This document shows, piece after piece, positions 32,435 to 43,460 of a stretch of DNA of 64,000 bases. This stretch comes from Actinomycetota bacterium. Its GTDB lineage: Bacteria; Actinomycetota; Actinomycetes; Propionibacteriales; Propionibacteriaceae. Where the stretch lies: the NCBI GenBank assembly GCA_046735615.1, contig JBKPTR010000075.1, forward strand, positions 1,008-65,007, read 5' to 3'. Under the pieces are notes generated by a model, which was not told the origin of the DNA, made no database searches, and saw only the letters and a program-made list of their open reading frames with translations. A program made the translations under genes and the position numbers. Positions within the stretch are counted from its first letter, which is position 1. Each line of letters starts with the position of its first letter.

Positions 32435-33386
32435 GATCATCACCCCGTAGTGCGCCAAGGTCTACTGCACTCCACCTGCCGCCTACCGTGCGGATGGTGA
32501 CGATCCTCTCGCTGTCATCGCCGACCGCCGAAAGGTCGGCCGGAGAGGTCCAGATGTCGATCTCCAATCGATCATCGGCAAGTCCTTCGGCGATTCCCTG
32601 TCCCCACTCGACCACGGTGATGGAGTCGGCCACAGCAGCGTCAAGATCAAGATCATCCAGCTCAAAGGAGGACGACAGCCGATAAGCATCCACATGCATC
32701 AAGGTCGGCCGGCCGATGGCCGATGGGTGGATCCGGGACAGCACGAAGGTCGGCGAGATGATCGGGCCCTCAGAGCCCAGCCCGCGGCCGATCCCCTGCG
32801 TCAAGGTGGTCTTACCAGCGCCAAGATCGCCGCCGGCGATGATCACATCCCCGCGTTCGAGCAGCTGAGCGAGCCGCTCCCCCAGCCGTACCATGGCCTT
32901 GCTAGTCGCAACCTTGATCGCCAACGGCAGCGACTTGGTCAAGATCACACCATGCGGAACCGCACGATCCACGACGAACCCTCTGTGCTGCCAGAAGGAG
33001 ATGAACTCAGGAAACTCACATCGGCTGAGGAGTTCGACCCGCGTGAAGCCTTGGATAGCCGCAAGCTCCTCGGCGGCGGTCACCATTGCCGACGCGATGC
33101 CATGCCGTTGCAGCTCCGGATGAACCGAGACCCGTGAGAACCTCGCGACCCCATCGCTACCCGGCAGCACGACGATCACTCCCGCCGGACGGCCGCCGAC
33201 CTGGGCGAAGATCCCGCTGCCGCGTCGCAGGCTGGCCGCCAAGGTCTCGGCGGTCTCCTCGATGGCAGTCGAGGGAGGATCGACTGGCGGACGGGCGCCG
33301 AAGGCGCTGTGGATGACCTCGATCATCGCGGCCGCATCCTGCGGCGACGCGATCGAAACCACAAGATCAGAAACCGAGACGCTCAC
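32427..33386 (-). CDS. tsaE: GNAT-TsaE fusion protein
   Basis: N-terminal GNAT (VSVHPELQRHGIA); C-terminal GDLGAGKTT, SPTF, HVDAYRL, VEWG. Confidence 0.9.
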   Translation of the reverse strand: MSVSVSDLVVSIASPQDAAAMIEVIHSAFGARPPVDPPSTAIEETAETLAASLRRGSGIFAQVGGRPAGVIVVLPGSDGVARFSRVSVHPELQRHGIASAMVTAAEELAAIQGFTRVELLSRCEFPEFISFWQHRGFVVDRAVPHGVILTKSLPLAIKVATSKAMVRLGERLAQLLERGDVIIAGGDLGAGKTTLTQGIGRGLGSEGPIISPTFVLSRIHPSAIGRPTLMHVDAYRLSSSFELDDLDLDAAVADSITVVEWGQGIAEGLADDRLEIDIWTSPADLSAVGDDSERIVTIRTVGGRWSAVDLGALRGDDHD

Positions 33387-33413
33387 TAGGGGCCCATCGT
33401 AGTGTCGCTCAGA

Positions 33414-33515
33414 ACGCCGACTTGTCAGATTCCAGTTGGGCTCCGGTCGCCAGCTCCCCGGCGCGACGCGCGAGCGGCCGAATACGCGCTCAACTGAAAT
33501 CTGACAAGTCGGCGT
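33414..33515. repeat. 28-bp inverted repeat (26/28) enclosing a fragment of the nested-hairpin element
   Basis: acgccgacttgtcagattccagttgggc (33414-33441) vs gctcaactgaaatctgacaagtcggcgt (33488-33515); inner tcgccagc tccccg gcgcgac GCGCGA gcggc (33447-33478). Confidence 0.8.
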
Positions 33516-34581
33516 GCTGGATGGCCATGCCCTCGCGCACCCTGCTCAGCAGTCGCTCGAGCGCACCATTGAAGACTTCGTGCTTCTCGATCATGCCCAG
33601 ATGCCCACAATTCTCGACCCGGATCGCCTCGGCATTCGGAAGCAAGTCAATGATGCGGGCCGTGTGCTCAATTGGAGTGATCACGTCGTCCTCACCGCCG
33701 ACCACGAGGGTCGGTACGGTGCTGACGATCTCGAGGGCCTGATACTCATCCAGTTCTCTGAATGCGGGAAAGTAGTCAGCCACCACCTCAAGGGGAATCT
33801 CCGCAAGCATCTCGGATGCAAAGTCCACGTAGCTTGGCGGCACGTCTGATCCGAAACCGAGTCGCCGGGTTACCACATAACCCAGATCGCTGCCTGCGCG
33901 GCGTCCCTGCGCGACGAGCTCAGGTATCCGGTTCAGGCCACCCATCAACGGCTCCGCGACTCGGTGAAAGGTGCGGCCCGGTATGCCCCGGATCGGTGAG
34001 TGGTAGGCCAGCTCGCCAGCGGATGTGCAGAACAAGGCGACGCCAAGGATCTGAGTTCCGAACAGCTCGGGATGGACCTGGGCGAGCCGCATGATCGCCA
34101 TACCGCCCATCGAGTGCCCGACGAGGATCACCGGTCCGGGCCCTACGACTTCCTCCAGGATCTGATACAAGTCGTCCGCCACTTGCGGAATCCGGCAGAG
34201 CGCGGCCTCCGAGCGACTTGATCTGCCGTGGGAACGCTGGTCATAGAACACCTGGCGCAGCGGCCCGCGGAAGTGGCGGCGCTGAAAATGCCAGCAGTCC
34301 AGGTTCAAGCCGTACCCATGGACATAGAGCAGCGTGAGGTCATCGGCGGCGCCCTCGTCCACCTCGGTGTGAAGCACGACCCCGTCTGGAGTGGTGATGT
34401 CGGGGCCGTCAGACCGCAGCGAGAAGAACTCCTCAAGGCCGGCCTCGGAGTTACGCGAGATCCGCTTCGATACGATCCTGCGTTCCAGTTCGATGCCCAG
34501 CGCAATCCCGCCAGCCGCAAGTGCCGCCACGCTGGTAACCAACCCGAGCGCCCCAGCCAGTCCGCCGCCTGGCGCCGCCAT
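33490..34581 (-). CDS. Alpha/beta hydrolase
   Basis: HGY oxyanion motif, DQRSHGRS, GHSMGG nucleophile, CGH; TGATG overlap with alr. Confidence 0.9.
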   Translation of the reverse strand: MAAPGGGLAGALGLVTSVAALAAGGIALGIELERRIVSKRISRNSEAGLEEFFSLRSDGPDITTPDGVVLHTEVDEGAADDLTLLYVHGYGLNLDCWHFQRRHFRGPLRQVFYDQRSHGRSSRSEAALCRIPQVADDLYQILEEVVGPGPVILVGHSMGGMAIMRLAQVHPELFGTQILGVALFCTSAGELAYHSPIRGIPGRTFHRVAEPLMGGLNRIPELVAQGRRAGSDLGYVVTRRLGFGSDVPPSYVDFASEMLAEIPLEVVADYFPAFRELDEYQALEIVSTVPTLVVGGEDDVITPIEHTARIIDLLPNAEAIRVENCGHLGMIEKHEVFNGALERLLSRVREGMAIQHADLSDFS

Positions 34582-35765
34582 CAGATGTTCTCCTGGCTGG
34601 CGTGGAGATAGCGGCGTGGCACGCGGCTTCCAATCCGGGTCACGATCTCGTAACCGATGGTGCCGCACCAGGCCGCCCACTCCGTAGCGGTTGGTTCACC
34701 GCGATCACCTGGGCCGAACAAGACCACTTCCTCACCGGGCGCCGCGATCTTCCCGGCACCCAGCTCAACAACGAACTGGTCCATGCAAATCCTGCCGCGA
34801 ACCGGCACCCGAGTTCCCGACCAGCCCACCCAAGCGCGGTTGCTGGCATGCCGTGGTATGCCGTCGCCATAGCCGAGCGGCACCAAGCCAACCGTGGTGG
34901 CGGCCTCTGCGGTCCAGGTCAATCCGTACGAGACACCGGTGCCCGCCGAGATCTGCTTTACATTGACCAGCTGGGAGCGCAGCCGCATGACGGGTCGCAA
35001 CACAACCCCTGCCAGCGCCGCGATGCCCGGCGCCGGGTCGATGCCGTACGTCGCGATGCCGACCCGAACCAGATCCAACCGCGACTCGGGTACTACGAGC
35101 GCCCCTGCCGAATTCGCCAGATGCCGCAATGTCGGCTCGAGCCCCGCAGCCCGGGCTTGTTCGTACGCGCGTTTGAACGCCTCAACCTGAACAGGAACCG
35201 ACGGATGGCCAGGCTCGTCGGCTGCGGCAAGATGCGACCAGATGCCCACCACCTCGAGGGCTCCAGCGTGCTCGGCTTCGGCCGCCGCCGCACACACGTG
35301 CTGCCAGTCATAGGCGGGAGCGCCGTTCCGGGAGAGTCCGGTGTCGATCTTGAGGTGCACCCGGGCGCGGCGCTCGGCGGTGGCAGCCGCGGCCACCAGA
35401 CGGCCGATCTGCTCAACTGAGTGGGCCGACACGTCGATATCGGCAGCGACCAGCGGAGCCAAATCCTCCTCCACGCCGTAGAGCCAGGTCAGGACGGGGC
35501 CGACGTCGCCCGCTTCGCGGAGCGTCAACGCCTCCGTGGGAGTAGCGACACCGAGCCACTCCGCGCCGGCGATCCTCGCCTCCCGGGCGCATTCCAGGAT
35601 GCCGTGCCCGTAGCCGTCGGCCTTCACCACGACCATTGCCGGGACACCAGCGCACGCCTGAAGGGTTGCCACATTGTGACGGAATGCGGCCAGATCGATC
35701 TCCGCACAGGCAGTTGCCGGGTCGATGCCGGCGACCGCGGCGGGGAGTCGGAGCTGGTTGGTCAT
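34581..35765 (-). CDS. alr: Alanine racemase
   Basis: VVKADGYGHG, HLKIDTGLSRNG, GYGDG, GRICMDQ, TIGYE. Confidence 0.96.
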   Translation of the reverse strand: MTNQLRLPAAVAGIDPATACAEIDLAAFRHNVATLQACAGVPAMVVVKADGYGHGILECAREARIAGAEWLGVATPTEALTLREAGDVGPVLTWLYGVEEDLAPLVAADIDVSAHSVEQIGRLVAAAATAERRARVHLKIDTGLSRNGAPAYDWQHVCAAAAEAEHAGALEVVGIWSHLAAADEPGHPSVPVQVEAFKRAYEQARAAGLEPTLRHLANSAGALVVPESRLDLVRVGIATYGIDPAPGIAALAGVVLRPVMRLRSQLVNVKQISAGTGVSYGLTWTAEAATTVGLVPLGYGDGIPRHASNRAWVGWSGTRVPVRGRICMDQFVVELGAGKIAAPGEEVVLFGPGDRGEPTATEWAAWCGTIGYEIVTRIGSRVPRRYLHASQENI

Positions 35766-37210
35766 CGAGTCCTCGCACGCTGCTGCTCGAGGCGTCCCAG
35801 CGTCTGGCCGATGGCGCGCGCCAGCTCCTGCGGGGCCAGTACGCCAGGATGCGCAGCAGCAGCTATCGCTTGAACCGAGGCTCCGAGCTGACCGGCTTGC
35901 TGTGCTTCTACGCCAGCCGCCAGCAGGGCCGCGCAAACACCGCCGAGCACATCGCCCGATCCCGCCTGTGCCGTCCAGGCTGGACCAGGCACGGCGACGA
36001 GCACCGGACCTCCGTTGGGGGTTGCGACCAGCTGGGTCGCACCCTTCAGCAGCACTGTGGCCCCAGTCTGCTCTGCGCCGGCAGTGACTGCTCGCACGGG
36101 ATCCTCTTCGACCCAGCCGCGCTCCCGCTCGAGCAGGCGGGCCAGCTCGCCGGCGTGGGGTGTCAGCAGCCAGCTGGCAGGAGCCGGCTTCGGCAGATAA
36201 CCGAGCCCATCGGCATCCACCACCGCTGGCGCTCCATCCTCCGCCGCGCGGGCGAGCACCTGCGCGCCATCGGGGCGTTCGCCCCAGCCGGAGCCGAACA
36301 GGTGCGCCTGGACTCGGCCGGGCGAGAACACCACGTTCGGCAGCTGGGCCGAGATGGTGGCGGCTGGGCGCTCGGCGCCGAGGTAGCGAACGTACCCCGC
36401 GCCACCGTAGACCGCGCCGTAGACCGACATCACCGCGGCGCCCGGGTACTGATCGGAGCCGGTATCCACCCCCACCGCCCCGCGGGCGTACTTGTCGCTG
36501 CGTTCGGTCGGATACGGCCACGCGCGTGCCACATCATCCTCATCCAGGCCGACCAGGTCGGCTGTTTCGTCATGATCAGTGCCGAGTCCGATATCGACCA
36601 CCGTAATGGCCCCGCAACGACTCAACGCCGGTTGCAGCAGGTGGCATGGTTTCAGCTCGCCGAACGTGACTGTCCGCGTCGCTCGTACCGCCGCTCCCGG
36701 AACAGTGCCCGTGTCGGCAGCGACCCCGGAGGGAAGGTCAACGGCGACGGTCGGGATGCCCTGGGCCACCACGGCCTGCACAAGGCGGGCAACGGCGTCG
36801 GGCAGTCCGGGACGTCCTCCGATGCCGAGGATGCCATCGATGACCAGGTCGTACGGCATCGGACTTGTCACATAAAGGTCATCGAGGTCGATCAATCGGC
36901 CACCTGCGGTGAGCAATGCGGCCAGTCCGGCCGTGTGTGGTGTGCCCAGGCAGCGGACCGCAGTGACTCGGGCCCCGAGCCGGGCCAACCGGACACCGGC
37001 AAACAAAGCGTCGCCGCCGTTGTTACCCGCCCCGACCATGATCATCACGTGCCGCCCGTATCGGCCGCCGCTGCTCGACAGCAGCATGCTGGAGGCACTA
37101 GCGGCAACGGCCGCGGCGGCCCGCTGCATCAGGGCATCCACGCCCTCCACAGCAATGGCCCGCTCTTCGATCCGCCGAATCGCCTCGACCCGGTACGCGC
37201 GCATGATCAC
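35762..37210 (-). CDS. nnr: Bifunctional NAD(P)H-hydrate repair enzyme
   Basis: [29 protein letters not shown]. Confidence 0.93.
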   Translation of the reverse strand: MIMRAYRVEAIRRIEERAIAVEGVDALMQRAAAAVAASASSMLLSSSGGRYGRHVMIMVGAGNNGGDALFAGVRLARLGARVTAVRCLGTPHTAGLAALLTAGGRLIDLDDLYVTSPMPYDLVIDGILGIGGRPGLPDAVARLVQAVVAQGIPTVAVDLPSGVAADTGTVPGAAVRATRTVTFGELKPCHLLQPALSRCGAITVVDIGLGTDHDETADLVGLDEDDVARAWPYPTERSDKYARGAVGVDTGSDQYPGAAVMSVYGAVYGGAGYVRYLGAERPAATISAQLPNVVFSPGRVQAHLFGSGWGERPDGAQVLARAAEDGAPAVVDADGLGYLPKPAPASWLLTPHAGELARLLERERGWVEEDPVRAVTAGAEQTGATVLLKGATQLVATPNGGPVLVAVPGPAWTAQAGSGDVLGGVCAALLAAGVEAQQAGQLGASVQAIAAAAHPGVLAPQELARAIGQTLGRLEQQRARTR

Positions 37211-37557
37211 GCTTCGCAGATTACGACGGCCGAGGCGATTCCGGCGTCATGGGACATGCTGAGGTGAATGGTTCCGATGCCCAGTTCGGCAGCGCGAGCA
37301 GCGACCGTGCCCGTGATCTTGAAGGAGGGCTTGCCGTGATCGTCGGTGAGCACCTCGGCGTCGAGCCAGGACAACCCGTCCGGGGCGCCCAACGCTTTCG
37401 CGAGCGCCTCCTTCGCGGCGAATCGGGCGGCTTTCGATGCCATCGGACGCTCGGCTTCCGCGGTCGTGAAGATCCGCTGGACGAGGCCGGGCCGACGCTC
37501 CACCGAAGCAGCGAACCTATCGACGTCACAGACGTCGATACCGACCCCGACGATCAT
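37207..37557 (-). CDS. acpS: Holo-[acyl-carrier-protein] synthase
   Basis: [26 protein letters not shown]. Confidence 0.95.
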   Translation of the reverse strand: MIVGVGIDVCDVDRFAASVERRPGLVQRIFTTAEAERPMASKAARFAAKEALAKALGAPDGLSWLDAEVLTDDHGKPSFKITGTVAARAAELGIGTIHLSMSHDAGIASAVVICEA

Positions 37558-37570
37558 GCGCTTTATTGGG

Positions 37571-37754
37571 ACGCTGCTCGCGCATCGCGCGTGCAATCCG
37601 CCGTCGTCGTCGCTCGCTGAGGCTGGCGCTCTCTAGCTGCGGCATTCCTCACCCCTCGCAGACGAAAGGCGTGACTGCTTGTTCGCTCGTCCAGGACAGC
37701 AGCACGCCAGCCTGGCTCCGTTCGGCGGCGCGCGATTCCCGACGCTCGCAGCGT
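37571..37754 (-). repeat. Extended 184-bp variant of the nested-hairpin element
   Basis: acgctgc/gcagcgt, atcgcgcg/cgcgcgat, ccgccg/cggcgg plus extra aggctggcg/cgccagcct stem; same terminal loops. Confidence 0.85.
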
Positions 37755-37782
37755 GATTGGGAACAGACGGCTCATTTCGGCC

Positions 37783-39627
37783 CTACTCGACCGTGACAGA
37801 CTTGGCCAGGTTCCGTGGCTGGTCGACATCATGGCCTTTTTTGGTGGCAAGTTCGCAGGCGAACACCTGCAGCGGCACGGTCGCCACCAGGGGCTGCAGC
37901 AAGGTCGACACCTTCGGCAACCTGATCATGACATCGGCGTACGGGCTGACCACGTCGTCGTCCTCCTCCGCCAAAACAATGGTCTTGGCACCCCGAGCCC
38001 GTATCTCCTGGAGGTTGGAGACCACTTTGTCGTGAAGCAGGTCACGGCCACGTGGCGGAACCACGACGAATACTGGCAGCTGGTTTTCGATCAGTGCGAT
38101 CGGACCATGCTTCAGCTCACCTGCGGCGAAACCTTCGGCATGGATGTAGGCCAGCTCCTTGAGCTTCAGAGCACCTTCCAGTGCCACCGGATAGCCAACG
38201 TGCCGGCCGATGAAGAGCACCGACCGCTTGTCAGCGAACTCGGCCGCGAGCTTCATGACTGGCTCGATCTCGTCAAGTACCTGGGAAATGGCATCAGGCA
38301 TGGTGGAGAGTTCCCGCAAGGTTTCGGTGATCTCATCGCCGTATCTGGTTTCTCGTACCTGTGCCAGATAGAGGCCGAGTAGGTAGCAGGCGACCAACTG
38401 AGTCAAGAATCCCTTGGTGGATGCCACGCCGATCTCCGGCCCCGCATGGGTGTAGATCACGGCGTCGGACTCGCGCGGGATGGTTGAGCCGTTCGTATTG
38501 CAGATCGCGAGGACCCGGGACTGCTGTTCGCGTGCGTGCCTGATGGCCATCAGTGTGTCGGCGGTCTCCCCGGATTGGCTGATCGCCACGACCAGCGTGG
38601 TTGGCCCGACGATCGGATCGCGATAGCGGAACTCACTCGCCAGCTCGACCTCGCAGGGGATTCGGGTCCAGTGCTCAATCGCGTATTTGGCTACGAGTCC
38701 GGCATAGAAGGCGGTGCCACACGCCACCACGATGATCTTGTCAACGCGACGCAACTCGGCCTCGGAAATCCGGATCTCGTCCAAAGTGAGCTGAGAGTTA
38801 GCGTCATGGCGGCCCAGCAGCGTGTCGGCTACCGCGCGGGGCTGCTCGTAGATCTCCTTCCGCATGAACCAGTCGTAGCCGCCCTTCTCTGCCGCGGACA
38901 GGTCCCAGTCAACGTGATAAGGCTTTACGACGGCGGGTTCGCCGTCGAAGGTGATCACCTCAACGCCGTCGGGCGTGATGCTGACCAACTGATCCTGGCC
39001 AAGCTCAATGGCCTCGCGGGTGTGCTCGATGAACGCGGCGACGTCGGATGCGACGAAGTTCTCGCCCACCCCGACGCCGACGACCAGCGGGGAGTTGCGT
39101 CGCGCCGCAACCACAGTGTCGGGTACCTGACTATCCACGGCTACCAACGTGAACGCGCCATGTAGCCGTACACACACTGTCCGCATGGCCTCGGCGAGGG
39201 GCAGTCCCGCCGAGACCTGCTGGCCGATCAGCTGCGCAACAATCTCTGTGTCGGTCTCGGACTCGCAGGTGATGCCGACCGCTGCGAGCTCATCTCGCAG
39301 CGTCACGTAGTTCTCGATGATGCCGTTGTGCACCAGGGCGATCCGGCCGTCGGAGGAGACATGCGGGTGGGCATTGACATCGTTGGGGCCGCCGTGGGTT
39401 GCCCACCGAGTGTGCCCGATTCCGAGGTTGCTCGGGGGCAGCTGTTCCTCTCCCAGGAGCTTCTCCAGATTGCAGAGCTTGCCGGCCTTCTTAGCGACGT
39501 GCAGCCTCCGATCTGCCACAACTGCCACACCCGCTGAGTCATAGCCGCGGTATTCGAGACGTCGCAGCCCTTCGATCACGACGTCCAGCGCGACCTTCTC
39601 ACCGACGTACCCGACAATTCCACACAT
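37783..39627 (-). CDS. glmS: Glutamine-fructose-6-phosphate aminotransferase
   Basis: MCGIVG, LEYRGYDSAG, HTRWATHG, SQSGET, PRNLAKSVTVE. Confidence 0.98.
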   Translation of the reverse strand: MCGIVGYVGEKVALDVVIEGLRRLEYRGYDSAGVAVVADRRLHVAKKAGKLCNLEKLLGEEQLPPSNLGIGHTRWATHGGPNDVNAHPHVSSDGRIALVHNGIIENYVTLRDELAAVGITCESETDTEIVAQLIGQQVSAGLPLAEAMRTVCVRLHGAFTLVAVDSQVPDTVVAARRNSPLVVGVGVGENFVASDVAAFIEHTREAIELGQDQLVSITPDGVEVITFDGEPAVVKPYHVDWDLSAAEKGGYDWFMRKEIYEQPRAVADTLLGRHDANSQLTLDEIRISEAELRRVDKIIVVACGTAFYAGLVAKYAIEHWTRIPCEVELASEFRYRDPIVGPTTLVVAISQSGETADTLMAIRHAREQQSRVLAICNTNGSTIPRESDAVIYTHAGPEIGVASTKGFLTQLVACYLLGLYLAQVRETRYGDEITETLRELSTMPDAISQVLDEIEPVMKLAAEFADKRSVLFIGRHVGYPVALEGALKLKELAYIHAEGFAAGELKHGPIALIENQLPVFVVVPPRGRDLLHDKVVSNLQEIRARGAKTIVLAEEDDDVVSPYADVMIRLPKVSTLLQPLVATVPLQVFACELATKKGHDVDQPRNLAKSVTVE

Positions 39628-39724
39628 AGGCGGAACTGTACCTTTCCAGGGCTGCCCGGCTGGCGACTCCGCAATCCTTGGCCATCTCGGCAGCGAATTG
39701 CTGATCCCACACTAGATTCTGCCT

Positions 39725-40675
39725 ATGCCGAACGACGCTCAGCTCCTCGGTCCATACGTGGAACGGAGTCGAGCGGACTGGGCCGAGCTTGCTGCACACA
39801 TGCCAATCCCGCTCGACGAAGCCATGCTGGAAAAGGTGCGCGGGTTAGGCGATCCCACAAGCATGCTGGACGTTCGGGAGGTGTACCTCCCCTTGACTCG
39901 GCTGCTGAGTCGCTACTTCCTGCACACCAGCGAGCTGCACGAGTCGACGAACGAATTCCTCCAGCTGTCGGTGCAGCGTACGCCATTCGTGATTGGAATC
40001 GCCGGGTCGGTTGCAGTCGGAAAGTCGACGACGGCTCGCCTGCTCCGCGAGCTGCTGGCCGCTTGGCCGGAACATCCCCGGGTCAATCTGGTGACCACGG
40101 ACGGCTTCCTGCTACCGAACGCCGAGCTCGAACGGCGCGGGCTGTTGCAGCGCAAAGGCTTCCCGGAGTCCTACGATCGGCGCGGGCTGCTGCGCTTCGT
40201 GATCGATGTTAAGTCGGGTCAGGAGGAGGTTTTCGCACCGGTCTACAGCCATCTGGTCTATGACATCGTGCCGGACGCCAAGGTGAGAGTGCAGCGGCCC
40301 GACATCTTGATCTTGGAGGGTCTGAACGTGTTGCAGCCGGCGCGTCCGCGACCCGATGGCACTACAGGGCTTGCCGTTAGCGACTTCTTCGACTTCTCGG
40401 TTTATGTCGATGCGGACGCCAATGATGTACGCGACTGGTACGTAAGCCGCTTTCTCTCACTGCGCGACACCGCGTTCCGAGATCCGCGATCCTATTTCAC
40501 TCGCTACGCCGACCTGACGACGAGCCAGGCCGTTCGGCAGGCGCGCTACCTCTGGGACACGATCAACGGACCGAATCTGGAGGCCAACATCCTGCCCACC
40601 CGGGGCCGCGCGACCGCGATCCTGCGCAAGGACCGTGATCACTCGGTGCAGTGGGTACGGATCCGGAAGGTCTAA
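39725..40675 (+). CDS. coaA: Type I pantothenate kinase
   Basis: [30 protein letters not shown]. Confidence 0.96.
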   Translation: MPNDAQLLGPYVERSRADWAELAAHMPIPLDEAMLEKVRGLGDPTSMLDVREVYLPLTRLLSRYFLHTSELHESTNEFLQLSVQRTPFVIGIAGSVAVGKSTTARLLRELLAAWPEHPRVNLVTTDGFLLPNAELERRGLLQRKGFPESYDRRGLLRFVIDVKSGQEEVFAPVYSHLVYDIVPDAKVRVQRPDILILEGLNVLQPARPRPDGTTGLAVSDFFDFSVYVDADANDVRDWYVSRFLSLRDTAFRDPRSYFTRYADLTTSQAVRQARYLWDTINGPNLEANILPTRGRATAILRKDRDHSVQWVRIRKV

Positions 40676-40745
40676 ATAGTCTCGATCACCAGCCATGCGG
40701 GAGCGGCGCCTCGGCCGCCAAAGAATCCAACGGTACCGTCGGAAC

Positions 40746-40934
40746 ATGACCTCCTCGTACGACGCAGCACCAGAGAAGGTTCGGATTGGCGCAGGCACGG
40801 CTCTCAAGTTCGGCTTCTTCGCCGCCTTCGGAGTGTTGCTGTTCTACCTCGTGTTGTCCATCGTGCTGGGAGTCGTGGCCGTCATTCTCGAGCTATCCGG
40901 CATGGTCGACCTCAACGCGCTGCTGAGCCGCTGA
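40746..40934 (+). CDS. Small membrane protein, hypothetical
   Basis: Hydrophobic 62-aa ORF; TACCGT -10 box 6 nt upstream of ATG. Confidence 0.65.
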   Translation: MTSSYDAAPEKVRIGAGTALKFGFFAAFGVLLFYLVLSIVLGVVAVILELSGMVDLNALLSR

Positions 40935-40944
40935 CTTTTGTGAA

Positions 40945-41058
40945 CTGCTTGCGCAATCGCGCGTGGATCCCGCCTACTTCGTCGTCGCTCGCAGAGAAAG
41001 AACGCCTCCGCTCGCTTCTCCTCAGCACAGCGGCGCGCGATTTTCCGACGCTCGCTGC
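40945..41058 (-). repeat. Full copy of the nested-hairpin element, overlapping the glmM 3' end
   Basis: aatcgcgcg/cgcgcgatt stem; loops and core highly similar to copies at 16429, 26750 and 53623. Confidence 0.88.
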
Positions 41059-42431
41059 TCGGGAGCTAACGCGCGCGCTCCGAGCGCCAACGAAGCCTTG
41101 ACCACGTCCGCGAGCCGATGCGCGGTCTCGTTGGCCGCCTCGTAGCTCTCGGCCTCCACCATGACACGTACCAGCGACTCGGTGCCGGACGGCCGCAACA
41201 AGACCCGGCCAGAATCGCCGAGCTCAGCCTCAGCCTCGCTCACTGCCGCGGAGAGCCGGGGATCGGTCGCCGCCCGGCTCTTATCAACGTTGGGCACATT
41301 GATCAGCACTTGCGGCAACCGCGTCATCACCGAAGCCAACCGGTCCAGCGACTGACCCGACGTCGCCATCCGGCTCATCAGGTGCAGGGCGGTGAGTATG
41401 CCGTCGCCGGTCGTCGCATGCTCCAACATCACGACGTGACCGGACTGCTCCCCACCCAGAATGAAGCCGCCAGCCTTCATCGCCTCGAGGACGTAGCGGT
41501 CACCCACCTTGGCCTGCTGGACTGTTATTCCAGCGCGCCGCATGGCGTTGATCAGGCCCAGGTTGCTCATCACGGTGGCGACTATCGTGTCGTTCTTGAG
41601 TCGGCCCTCTTCGCGGAGAGCAAGAGCCAAGATCGCCAGGATCTGATCGCCATCAACCATCCTGCCGAACGCGTCGACTGCGAGGCAGCGATCGGCGTCC
41701 CCATCGAGTGCAATGCCGATGTCCGCCCGCTGCTCCAGCACCGTAGATCGCAATGAGTCCATGTGGGTGGAGCCGCAGTTGTCATTGATGTTGATGCCGT
41801 CTGGCTCCGCATGGATGCGGTGCACCTCAGCCCCTTGGACCTCGAAGGCGGCGGGTGCTGCCTCGAACGCGGCCCCGTTCGCGCAGTCGACGACTACCTT
41901 GATGCCCTCCAGGCTGACCGGTTTGCCAAGGCTGTTGACCAGGTGCGCCACGTACGCCTCGACAAGCGACTCCTGGACAATCACCCGGCCGACGCCGGCG
42001 CCGGTGGGCCGGGGCCACGCCTCAACCAACCGGGCCTCGATCGCATCCTCGAGCGCGTCGTCCAGCTTGTTGCCGCCGCGCGCAAAGAACTTGATGCCGT
42101 TGTCGGGCATCGGGTTGTGGCTGGCCGACAACATGACACCAAGATCGGCGTTGCACTCTTCGGTGAGAAATGCGACACCGGGGGTTGGCAACACGCCGAG
42201 CCGTACGACATTCACCCCAGCGCTGGCCAGACCCGCGACAACGGCGGCCTCCAAGAACTCGCCTGAAGCGCGAGGATCACGGCCGACCACGGCGACGGGT
42301 GGATGTCCCTGGAACTCGCCGGTTTCACCGAGTACTCGGGCGGCTGCCACGGAAAGGCTGAGCGCCAGTTCCGCGGTGAGTGCCTCGTTGGCCTCGCCGC
42401 GTACCCCGTCGGTTCCGAAGAGTCGGCCCAC
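41022..42431 (-). CDS. glmM: Phosphoglucosamine mutase
   Basis: [33 protein letters not shown]. Confidence 0.97.
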   Translation of the reverse strand: MGRLFGTDGVRGEANEALTAELALSLSVAAARVLGETGEFQGHPPVAVVGRDPRASGEFLEAAVVAGLASAGVNVVRLGVLPTPGVAFLTEECNADLGVMLSASHNPMPDNGIKFFARGGNKLDDALEDAIEARLVEAWPRPTGAGVGRVIVQESLVEAYVAHLVNSLGKPVSLEGIKVVVDCANGAAFEAAPAAFEVQGAEVHRIHAEPDGININDNCGSTHMDSLRSTVLEQRADIGIALDGDADRCLAVDAFGRMVDGDQILAILALALREEGRLKNDTIVATVMSNLGLINAMRRAGITVQQAKVGDRYVLEAMKAGGFILGGEQSGHVVMLEHATTGDGILTALHLMSRMATSGQSLDRLASVMTRLPQVLINVPNVDKSRAATDPRLSAAVSEAEAELGDSGRVLLRPSGTESLVRVMVEAESYEAANETAHRLADVVKASLALGARALAPEQRASENRAPLC

Positions 42432-42445
42432 TGATCGTCCCGCGA

Positions 42446-42967
42446 CTACCTCTTGCTGTACTGCGGAGCTTTTCGGGCCTTCTTCAGACCCGCCTTCTTG
42501 CGTTCCTTGATTCGCGCGTCGCGGGTCAGCAGACCAGCCTTCTTGAGCGCGGCACGGCTGGCCTCTGCATCAACGGCATTCAGCGCGCGCGCCACGCCGA
42601 GTCGCAGAGCGCCGGCCTGACCGGTCACGCCGCCGCCGTGGATGCGGGCAATGACGTCGTAGGAGCCGGCCACCGCAGCCGCGGCGAAGGGCTCGGAGAC
42701 CAGTTGCTGGTGCACTTTGTTGGGGAAGTAGTCGTCCAGTGTGCGGCCGTTGATCGTCCACTGGCCGGTCCCCGGAAGAATGCGGACCCGAGCCACCGCT
42801 TCCTTACGGCGTCCGGTCGCAGCACCGGGTGCCACAACAGCTGGGCGTCCCGCTGGGCCGTATGAAACCTGCGGTGTCACCTCGGAACGGTAGGCGATCT
42901 CGCGGTCCTCCTCGACGAACGGGGTGATCTCGTCCTCGTCGACCGCTTCAGCGGCGGTATCAGTCAC
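42446..42967 (-). CDS. rpsI: 30S ribosomal protein S9
   Basis: [29 protein letters not shown]. Confidence 0.98.
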   Translation of the reverse strand: MTDTAAEAVDEDEITPFVEEDREIAYRSEVTPQVSYGPAGRPAVVAPGAATGRRKEAVARVRILPGTGQWTINGRTLDDYFPNKVHQQLVSEPFAAAAVAGSYDVIARIHGGGVTGQAGALRLGVARALNAVDAEASRAALKKAGLLTRDARIKERKKAGLKKARKAPQYSKR

Positions 42968-43016
42968 TGCAAATGGTTCCTTGCTTTGGAGGTCCGTACG
43001 TGATGTCGATGCGAGG

Positions 43017-43460
43017 CTACTGGGCGATCTGAGTGAACGCGTACGGCTTCGGCTGCTGGGCGCTGTGCGGGTGCTCCGGACCGGCGTACACCTTGAGCTT
43101 TCTGATCAACCTGCGGCTCAGCTTGTTCTTGGGGAGCATTCCCCACACGGCGAGCTCGACGGCCTTACGCGGGTCACGGTCCAGCAGCTCGCCGTACGGG
43201 ACGGACTTCAGGCCGCCGGGCCGGCCGGTGTGCCGGCGGGCGAGCTTGTCGGTGCGCTTGTTTCCGGTGAGAGCGATCTTGGATGCGTTCACGACGATCA
43301 CGAAGTCTCCGCCGTCGACATGAGGCGCATAAGTCGGTTTGTGCTTGCCACGCAGCAGCGTCGCTGCCGTCACCGCAAGCCTGCCTAGCACAACATCATT
43401 GGCATCGATGACATGCCAAGACCTGGTGATGTCGCCAGGTTTCGGGCTGTAGGTGGACAT
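43017..43460 (-). CDS. rplM: 50S ribosomal protein L13
   Basis: [34 protein letters not shown]; ATG 43460 gives 147 aa. Confidence 0.98.
   Translation of the reverse strand: MSTYSPKPGDITRSWHVIDANDVVLGRLAVTAATLLRGKHKPTYAPHVDGGDFVIVVNASKIALTGNKRTDKLARRHTGRPGGLKSVPYGELLDRDPRKAVELAVWGMLPKNKLSRRLIRKLKVYAGPEHPHSAQQPKPYAFTQIAQ

Noticed and set aside
39628-39724. glmS ribozyme
   Set aside because: The gap to divergent coaA is under 100 bp and glmS looks leaderless.
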